DNA from: Verrucomicrobiota bacterium
GTDB lineage: Bacteria > Verrucomicrobiota > Verrucomicrobiia > Limisphaerales > UBA1412
Direction: 5' to 3'
Length of the DNA stretch: 64,000 nucleotides
Assembly: GCA_023230105.1 (NCBI GenBank)
Contig: JALNXY010000008.1
Location: forward strand, 28,185-92,184
Position 1 is the first letter of the stretch, and every line of letters starts with the position of its first letter. Below are positions 57,000 to 64,000 of this stretch, in pieces. The notes beneath the pieces were generated by a model. It was given only the letters and a program-made list of their open reading frames with translations. It had not been told where the DNA came from and made no database searches. The position numbers and the translations under genes were made by a program.

Positions 57000-57614
57000 A
57001 TGTCTCGCCTTCATATTTGGACTTCTGATCGAGGTATTCTCGATTTGGGGTATCTCAATTACTCTTGTAACTGGGGTACCCATATTGCACTGCTCTACGA
57101 TCAAGATAGCGACCTCCTTGATTTTTTGTTGGGGGTATTACATGCGGGAGTAATTACAAAAGATCGTATTTGCTGCTTGCTCCCTGCATCTATTGAACAG
57201 CCGTTTCTGGATGCTTACGCAGAAAAGTATCCGGATGAGTTGGCTTTTTTGAAAGAGCCCGATTTCTTCCAGCTTTCTCAAGACGAGCATACCTCTTCTT
57301 TCTTTAAATCTAACGATCTATTAGCTATGAGCGACCTCATTGACTCCCTGTACTACGAGAGCCAAATCGACACGCCCAGGGCTGTCCGGTTTGTTTTAGA
57401 TATTCAGCAGGTGCTCAAGGAGGCTGTTACTCCACGAGACCTGGCAGAAATTATTTTTCGTATCAACTTGGCTGTTTGCTCTAAAGATTGGTTGCAGATA
57501 TCTCTCTATGATTTAAGGTTGATTCCGGCTACCCATTTGATGAGCGCTCTTGAACAGAACCGATTCGTTTTTCGAAAGAATAAACTGGTGCAAAATAGCC
57601 TCTATTGTTTATAG
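57000..57614 (+). CDS. Stand-alone MEDS (DcmR-like sensory) domain protein
   Basis: NWGTHIALLYD...GVITKDRICC matches the MEDS N-terminal pattern; VRFVLD, SLYDLR and VQNSLY match the C-terminal pattern. Confidence 0.7.
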   Translation: MSRLHIWTSDRGILDLGYLNYSCNWGTHIALLYDQDSDLLDFLLGVLHAGVITKDRICCLLPASIEQPFLDAYAEKYPDELAFLKEPDFFQLSQDEHTSSFFKSNDLLAMSDLIDSLYYESQIDTPRAVRFVLDIQQVLKEAVTPRDLAEIIFRINLAVCSKDWLQISLYDLRLIPATHLMSALEQNRFVFRKNKLVQNSLYCL

Positions 57615-57633
57615 AAGGAGCCAAGATTCCTAA

Positions 57634-58893
57634 ATGAAAACGAATGTATTAAGAGCGAAAGCAGGAGCTTTAACCCATCCTCAAATACTTAATTGGTTAT
57701 CAGAGCAAACAAAAGGCTGGGACATAGCTAACCGAAAAATTTTGTTAATTGTTCCAGATCAGACGCGAACAGCTCCTTTGGGTTTAATTTTTAAGGCGTT
57801 TTGTGAACTATGGCTGAATTCAGCAGCTCAGCTTGATGTAATGATAGCACTGGGTACCCATCCGGCCATGTCAGAAAAAGCTATTCTTCAAAGGCTGGAA
57901 ATAAGCAGGCAAAAGCGCATCACGACCTACGGGAAGGTTTCTTTTCTTAACCATGTTTGGGATAATCCAGCAGATTTAAAGACAATAGGGCTCCTGACCC
58001 GCGACATGGTTTCGGCGATGACTGACGGGCTTTTTTCCTTGGACGTTGAGGTTACTATCAATCGCAAAATTTTTGATTACGATCAGGTGGTCATTATGGG
58101 GCCGGTTTATCCACATGAAGTAGTCGGATTTTCCGGAGGTAATAAGTATTTATTTCCCGGAATATCTGGTCCGGAAATCATCAATTTTTTTCATTGGTTG
58201 GGTGCCATTGTTACCAGTCCGGCTATTATCGGAAAAGCGTATACTCCGGTTCGGGCGGTTGTGGATCGTGCTGCACGTTTTGTCCAGATGCAAAAACGGT
58301 GTCTGTGTATGGTGACCGATCATGAAGGGGGATTGGCTGCATTATCGGCGGGGACGCCTGAAGAAGCATGGGAAGCGGCTTGGCCTATTGTTGAAAGTTT
58401 GCATGTTTGTTTTAAGCCAAAACCTTTCCATACGATTCTTTCGTGTGCTCCTGAGATGTATGATGATCTTTGGGTTGCTGGTAAGTGCATGTACAAGTTG
58501 GAACCGGTTTTGGCCGACGGAGGAGAGCTCATTATTTACGCTCCGCATTTATCCAAAATTTCCGATGTCCATGGAGAGAAAATACGCAAAATAGGCTACC
58601 ACTGCCGTGACTTTTTTCTGAAACAATGGGAAAGCTATAAAAATATCCCGTGGGGGGTTCTGGCGCATTGCACACACGTTTTTGGAGGTGGAACGTACGA
58701 TCAGGAAACTGGTCTAGAGACACCCAGGGCGCATGTTACCCTTGCGACGCAACTACCTGAATCGGTCTGTAAAGAGTTGAATTTAGGTTGTAGAAATCCA
58801 GCCTCTCTTTGTTTAAAAGAATATGCGAACCGGGAGTCTGAAGGAGTGCTATTTGTTCCCCGTGCTGGAGAGATGCTTTTCCGGCTTAAGTAA
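57634..58893 (+). CDS. Lactate racemase (LarA) superfamily / DUF2088 nickel-pincer enzyme
   Basis: PDQTRTAP, ALGTH, PHEVVGFSGGNKYLFPG, FFHWLG and GKCMYK correspond to the LarA active-site motifs. Confidence 0.85.
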   Translation: MKTNVLRAKAGALTHPQILNWLSEQTKGWDIANRKILLIVPDQTRTAPLGLIFKAFCELWLNSAAQLDVMIALGTHPAMSEKAILQRLEISRQKRITTYGKVSFLNHVWDNPADLKTIGLLTRDMVSAMTDGLFSLDVEVTINRKIFDYDQVVIMGPVYPHEVVGFSGGNKYLFPGISGPEIINFFHWLGAIVTSPAIIGKAYTPVRAVVDRAARFVQMQKRCLCMVTDHEGGLAALSAGTPEEAWEAAWPIVESLHVCFKPKPFHTILSCAPEMYDDLWVAGKCMYKLEPVLADGGELIIYAPHLSKISDVHGEKIRKIGYHCRDFFLKQWESYKNIPWGVLAHCTHVFGGGTYDQETGLETPRAHVTLATQLPESVCKELNLGCRNPASLCLKEYANRESEGVLFVPRAGEMLFRLK

Positions 58894-59012
58894 GCCAAGT
58901 TATATCCATCCATCCTTTCTACAAAACCTGGGGCTGGTTACTCTTCATTTTGTGAAAAAACAAAAAAGAGGTTGCGGCCCATGAAAATACAATTATCCTA
59001 GGTCAAGCGCGT

Positions 59013-59558
59013 ATGAGTGTAGGAAAACGCATAGAATCTTTTCGGCAAAGAAAAGAAATGTCTGTTGATGAATTGGCCAAGGTTGCCGGAGTCAAAACTC
59101 AGGTTCTCGAAGCTATTGAGCGGGAGGATGTATTTCCAGCTATTGGGGTGTTAATCAAATTAGCCAGGGCTTTAGGCCAAAGGTTGGGGTCTTTCATGGA
59201 TGATCAGTTTAAAGAAGATCCCTTGGTTGTCCTGAAAGCAGAGAGGGACCGTAGGCGTCAGAGTATTGGCTCTAATGCTAATCCCTATGATTATTACTCT
59301 TTGGGACAAGGAAAACCAGATCGCCATATGGAGCCCTTTTATGTAATTATCGGGCCCAATGAGATGCCGCTTTCTTCCCATGAGGGTGAAGAGTTTATTT
59401 ATGTGATTAAGGGCAGGCTTGAATTACGTTGTGGCAATAAGGTTCAGGTGCTGGAGGAAGGAGACTCAGTTTATTATAATTCTCTTTTGCCACACGTACT
59501 AAAGTCAATTGGCCCTGATTCAGCGGAGATCGTAGCTACCGTTTTTACTCCATTTTAG
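59013..59558 (+). CDS. XRE-family HTH + cupin transcriptional regulator
   Basis: N-terminal HTH (VGKRIESFR...SVDELA...IE...P.IGVLIKLARAL); cupin HMEPF, SHEGEEFIYV..G.LE, GDSVYYNS..PH. Confidence 0.92.
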   Translation: MSVGKRIESFRQRKEMSVDELAKVAGVKTQVLEAIEREDVFPAIGVLIKLARALGQRLGSFMDDQFKEDPLVVLKAERDRRRQSIGSNANPYDYYSLGQGKPDRHMEPFYVIIGPNEMPLSSHEGEEFIYVIKGRLELRCGNKVQVLEEGDSVYYNSLLPHVLKSIGPDSAEIVATVFTPF

Positions 59559-59569
59559 AAATCAGCAAG

Positions 59570-61246
59570 ATGTCATTAAAAGAGAATGAAATGTATGATG
59601 GCGTTCCGATAACGCGCCCTTGGACGCTAGGGAGGATTTTACGTAACAATTTAGAGCGCTGCCCCAATAATCCAGCAGTGATGTATCCTGACCGGCAAAT
59701 GAGCTGGACCTGGGTTGAATTTTCAGAGCGTGTTGATCGTTTGGCTAAAGGGTTGCTGGCACTTGGTGTTAAAAAGAATGAGAAGGTAGCTGTCTGGGCA
59801 ACAAACGTGCCGGACTGGGTTTCCTTGATGTTTGCGACGTCCAGAATAGGGGCGATTTTGCTCACAGTCAATACGAACTATAGGGACAGTGAGTTGGACT
59901 ATTTACTGAAGCAGTCTGATTGCGAAAATCTTTTTCTGATCAATGGTTTTCGGGATGTGGATTATGTGGAGATGGTTTACAGATTAGTTCCGGAGCTCAA
60001 AGAATGCCCTCGTGGAAGTCTAAAATCTTCCAGATATCCCTTCCTTAAACGAGTTTTCTTCCTGGGCGCCGAGAAGCATCGCGGCATGTATTCTATCAAT
60101 GAACTGCAGTCTATCGGGGTGCTGGTTTCTGATGAAGAATATCAAGAGAGGGAAAATCAGGTTTCATGCCATGATGTTGTCAATATGCAATACACCTCTG
60201 GGACTACCGGTTTCCCTAAAGGAGTACAACTGACACATTTTAATATTGCTAACAATGGCTTTTGGATTGGCCGTAATCAAAACCTGGGCCCGGCTGACCG
60301 AGTTTGTCTCCCTGTGCCTCTTTTCCATTGTTTTGGGTGTGTTTTGGGGGTGATGGCATGTGTGAACCATGGTGCGACAATGGTATTCGTTGAAAAGTTC
60401 GACCCGGTTACGGTCATGATGTCCATTGAGATGGCAAAGTGCACTGCTGTGTATGGCGTTCCTACGATGTTTATAGCCATGCTGGATCATCCACTTTTTC
60501 ACAAATTTGATTTTTCAAGTCTTCGCACTGGAATCATGGCGGGCTCTCCGTGCCCGATAAAAACCATGCATGAAGTTGTGGAAAGGATGAATATGCGTGA
60601 AGTGACTATTTGCTATGGTTTGACGGAGGCTTCGCCTGTAACAATCCAAACTCGTTATGATGAGCCGGACTTAAAGAGGAAATGCTCAACAGTAGGTAAG
60701 GGTATGCCGGGAATGGATGTTGTTGTTATTGATCCTGAAACAGGAAAAATTTGTCCACCCAATCAACCAGGAGAAATATGTTCCCGCGGGTATAATACGA
60801 TGAAGGGTTATTACAAAATGCCTGAAGAGACAGCTAAAGTAATTGATCCTGAGGGTTGGCTGCACTCTGGGGATATCGGAATTGTGGATGATGTCGGATA
60901 CTTTTCCATTACAGGGCGCCTTAAAGATATGATTATCCGCGGCGGGGAGAATATCTACCCTAAGGAGTTGGAGGACTTTATTCATCACATTGAGGGAATA
61001 CAGGATGTTCAAGTCGTAGGAGTCCCCAGCAGAAAATACGGTGAGCAGCCTGGGGCTTTCATTATATTAAAGCCCGGAGTTAATCTAAGGGAAGAGGACG
61101 TTGTTGATTATTGTCGCGGGAAAATCGCCTGGTGCAAAATTCCAAAATACATTGCATTTGTGAACGAATACCCGTTAACCGCCAGTGGTAAGGTCATGAA
61201 GTACAAACTTCGAGAAGAAGCGGGGAGACTTTGGCCTGATGCTTGA
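59570..61246 (+). CDS. AMP-binding acyl-CoA synthetase
   Basis: MQYTSGTTGFPKG, CYGLTEASP, GWLHSGD, GRLKDMIIRGGENIYP, TASGKVMK. Confidence 0.93.
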   Translation: MSLKENEMYDGVPITRPWTLGRILRNNLERCPNNPAVMYPDRQMSWTWVEFSERVDRLAKGLLALGVKKNEKVAVWATNVPDWVSLMFATSRIGAILLTVNTNYRDSELDYLLKQSDCENLFLINGFRDVDYVEMVYRLVPELKECPRGSLKSSRYPFLKRVFFLGAEKHRGMYSINELQSIGVLVSDEEYQERENQVSCHDVVNMQYTSGTTGFPKGVQLTHFNIANNGFWIGRNQNLGPADRVCLPVPLFHCFGCVLGVMACVNHGATMVFVEKFDPVTVMMSIEMAKCTAVYGVPTMFIAMLDHPLFHKFDFSSLRTGIMAGSPCPIKTMHEVVERMNMREVTICYGLTEASPVTIQTRYDEPDLKRKCSTVGKGMPGMDVVVIDPETGKICPPNQPGEICSRGYNTMKGYYKMPEETAKVIDPEGWLHSGDIGIVDDVGYFSITGRLKDMIIRGGENIYPKELEDFIHHIEGIQDVQVVGVPSRKYGEQPGAFIILKPGVNLREEDVVDYCRGKIAWCKIPKYIAFVNEYPLTASGKVMKYKLREEAGRLWPDA

Positions 61247-61253
61247 CTTAGTG

Positions 61254-62465
61254 TTAAGAAAGAGTGAGCTTTTTAACTAGGAGTGATTCTGCAAAACTGA
61301 GCCGTTCATGCAGGTGTCGATAAACCTGATCACGTTTTTCCCGATAGGGTAGTGGATTGGAAATGAGTCGGTCCGTCTCTGTTTGGATGTGATTAAAGTT
61401 GCAGTTGTATACATCGCCTGCACTTTTAAAACCGAATTGTCCTAGGAAATTATCTATTTTGCTGCCTCTTGAAATGCCGATGATTGGGGTTTTGACGTTG
61501 GCAGAAAGGATTAAAAGGTGCAGCCTGCTTGAGATCACGACCGAACAAAGAGACGCTAGAGTCAGTACTTGCTCCGGTTCCTCACATCCAGCTAATAGGA
61601 AACATTTTTTTTGGTTTTTCATTTGTCCGCGAAGTTTACCCATAAGCTCATAGTCTGTCTTGGGGTTCATCGGGATGAAGAACATACGTCGTGAAGGTGA
61701 CGAGACAATTGAATCCAGTGCTTCTACTAAAGAATCTGTATTTTGAATACTTCTCTGGGATGAAATGCAAACGCCAATTTTTTCATAACTTCCCGACAAC
61801 GCATTCAAAATCTCTCCGGAAAGGTGGCTAATGGAAGCCAGATTAGGCTGGTCGAAGATAATAGCTGAATCTGCACCCACCGTTACGTGAAGTGCCGATG
61901 AGCAATCCAACAGCGATTTGCGAGATTCCGGGTCTCGACACACAAGCAGATTACACTTAGATAAAACCCTGGCAATTCGTTTTTGTATGTTTCTAATAAA
62001 ATACTCCTCCACTCGAGTCGGAGCATCAATGGTGTTTGCAGAGACCTTTTTGAGCAATTTGCAGATAAATAGTTTTTTGCCTGCAAGTTTAAAAAGGGCT
62101 GGGTTGAAGGCGGAATCCATGCCGACACCCCAAACAACTGTTTTCAGACCCTGTTGTTGAGCTATACTTAGTATCTGGGTCGCTAGTGCAGGATAGTCCG
62201 ACAAACCAGTAGCTCCGGCCCATACAAAGGTGTCGTGGTTTTTTAAAGAATTTGAAAGGTCTGATAAAGGATGTTCTGGTTTAAATCCATACAAAGGGAC
62301 CCCTTTTACTCCAAGCAAAGAAGCCGTTTTATCAGGTTCTCCGGTGCTAACAGTGATTTCAGTATTCTTAAAATTTCGGCGAAGAATACGGACCACCCCG
62401 GCCAGTATAGCCTCGTCACCAATATTGTCACAACCAAACGGAACACCGCCCAGAAAAAAACGCAT
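61254..62465 (-). CDS. Polysaccharide pyruvyl transferase family protein (WcaK-like)
   Basis: GCDNIGDEAIL, LLVCRDPES, DSA, SSRLHLLI, KIDNF. Confidence 0.85.
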   Translation of the reverse strand: MRFFLGGVPFGCDNIGDEAILAGVVRILRRNFKNTEITVSTGEPDKTASLLGVKGVPLYGFKPEHPLSDLSNSLKNHDTFVWAGATGLSDYPALATQILSIAQQQGLKTVVWGVGMDSAFNPALFKLAGKKLFICKLLKKVSANTIDAPTRVEEYFIRNIQKRIARVLSKCNLLVCRDPESRKSLLDCSSALHVTVGADSAIIFDQPNLASISHLSGEILNALSGSYEKIGVCISSQRSIQNTDSLVEALDSIVSSPSRRMFFIPMNPKTDYELMGKLRGQMKNQKKCFLLAGCEEPEQVLTLASLCSVVISSRLHLLILSANVKTPIIGISRGSKIDNFLGQFGFKSAGDVYNCNFNHIQTETDRLISNPLPYREKRDQVYRHLHERLSFAESLLVKKLTLS

Positions 62466-62643
62466 AATCTTAACTTCCAAATATTGCAGTTAGAGAAAAT
62501 AGAGAGTCCCAATCAAACAACCAGATCACTAGCATAAAGCCTTATTTGTAGCAAGAGAAATGTTGACTCATGAATTCCTTCATCTATATTAGTCCTTTGG
62601 GAGCCTCCTTAATTAATCGAGTGATCAGAGTAGTGGGTGTGGT

Positions 62644-64000
62644 GTGAAAAAGAAAACAATATTAAATATCTCTTTGGCAGTTCTCGGTCTGCTGGCCATA
62701 GCCCTGATTTTTTTTGAGCCACAGGTGGCAAGATTGGAGAATAAAGTTGTTCGTGCTAAAAATTTTATCGAAAAACATGGGATTTCTCCTCGTGGTGGAG
62801 TCCGAGATGCTGTGAGTGCTGCAATTACGGCTGTAAAGTATGAAAGTGGCTCTTTTAAGCCTGATCCAAACATTACGGTGCCAATCAGAGGCTTCTTGAA
62901 GGTTGAAATAATTGACAATCAAACTATTTGTTTAATTGGTGACTACACAGATTTTTTAACAGAACGTTTTATTGAAGAGTGTGGCGGTTTTATGAAAGGC
63001 ATAGTGAGCCAAACAGCCAATATTCCTGCATGGTCCGTCAACATGTTCTACAATACTCAGCTAGCAGAGATTATCCTCAAATATCGCCCTGTAATTGCCG
63101 CTGCATATAATAATTCGGAAGACTTCAAACTTTCCCCCGAATCTGAGATATTTAATTCAGGGTACTGGGTTAATCCCATAGGGCAATTCGGGGTTCCCAA
63201 TTTTAAAACGGGAGAAGAGCAGCTGACTCGAAATGCTCAGGTTGCCCATTATGCTTTCTTGAGATTGCAGTCTCCTCTTAAAAGCGGAACTGAATACCAG
63301 CTTGTGAATCCTCTGGGAGAGAGTATTAATTTTAAGTATAAAGAGGATGAAAATATTAGTGGAGCAATCAAAGTTAACCAGTTGGGGTATTCGACCGACG
63401 CAGGGAGGAAGTATGCCTATTTGGGCGCATGGCTTGGCACCTTAGGTGCTTTGGATTTTTCTCACTTGGATAAAAAACTTTTTTCCATCTGCGAAAAAGA
63501 AACCGGAAAGACTGTGCGTAGAGGAATTCTTTCTCGGAGAATGGATGACCCGGTATATAAGACTGGAACGCCGTTCACTGGGGAAGACGTTTATGAGATT
63601 AATTTTTCAAACTTTAATAAGGAGGGGGAATATTACATTCATATTCCTTCCGTTGGCAGATCCCATACATTTACCATAGGGGAGGACGCAATTGGTGAAG
63701 CTTTTTATATCCACGCAAAAGGCTTATATCACAAACGTTGCGGTATTGCCAAAGAACCTCCTTATACTGAATGGCATTCCGGAAAGTGTCACTTGCTCAC
63801 ATACAGATCCAATTTTCCCCCGAATAACAGGCATTACACTGCTGATGCCAAAAGAGACTGTGGTTTCTTCGATGAAGAGGGGAATTCTGTGGCTGTTTCT
63901 CATTTCAAATTGATTGATACACTTCAAACGGATGAGGTGCTTGAAGGTGTCTGCGGCGGCTGGCATGACGCGGCAGATTACGACCGACGCCCTTACCATT
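62644..64000 (+). CDS. Glycoside hydrolase family 9 with CelD-type N-terminal Ig domain, partial: runs off the window end; not in the ORF track
   Basis: Manual translation from GTG 62644 is open to the end (452 codons): MKKKTILNISLAVLGLLAIALIFF anchor ... IKVNQLGY...KYAY ... GEYYIHIPSVGRSHTFTIG ... GLYHKRCG ... GGWHDAADYDRRPYH. Confidence 0.85.
   Translation, partial: MKKKTILNISLAVLGLLAIALIFFEPQVARLENKVVRAKNFIEKHGISPRGGVRDAVSAAITAVKYESGSFKPDPNITVPIRGFLKVEIIDNQTICLIGDYTDFLTERFIEECGGFMKGIVSQTANIPAWSVNMFYNTQLAEIILKYRPVIAAAYNNSEDFKLSPESEIFNSGYWVNPIGQFGVPNFKTGEEQLTRNAQVAHYAFLRLQSPLKSGTEYQLVNPLGESINFKYKEDENISGAIKVNQLGYSTDAGRKYAYLGAWLGTLGALDFSHLDKKLFSICEKETGKTVRRGILSRRMDDPVYKTGTPFTGEDVYEINFSNFNKEGEYYIHIPSVGRSHTFTIGEDAIGEAFYIHAKGLYHKRCGIAKEPPYTEWHSGKCHLLTYRSNFPPNNRHYTADAKRDCGFFDEEGNSVAVSHFKLIDTLQTDEVLEGVCGGWHDAADYDRRPYH

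Overview
Chromosomal 64-kb segment with no integrase, transposase, prophage or CRISPR array that I could see. Housekeeping genes (lysS, argS, pyrH, pgk-tpiA-secG, panD-lpxD-ispD, lolCE/D, tadA, galKT, uvrC, tRNA-Leu) sit among signs of an anaerobic polysaccharide degrader: single-chain PFOR, an isolated nuoBCD, a LarA-family enzyme, GH106, a GH9 and a beta-helix protein. The GH9 and the beta-helix protein are cut by the window edges and are missing from the ORF track. Giant LamG/Ig and lamin-tail/CotH proteins, squalene-hopene cyclase and LPS genes suggest a Verrucomicrobiota (Pedosphaera/Limisphaerales-like) host; this is inference. Best leads: (1) two ~2000-aa secreted proteins 23 kb apart end in the same ~55-aa C-terminal motif, a candidate sorting/secretion signal, and share one LamG module type; (2) a ~104-nt rod-like RNA with its own promoter between pyrH and ptsN-argS, possibly a compact 6S RNA; (3) a STAS-MEDS-LarA homolog operon; (4) an AsmA-like lipid-bridge protein lengthened by a 389-aa tandem duplication. 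All family calls come from recognising motifs by eye; no searches were run.
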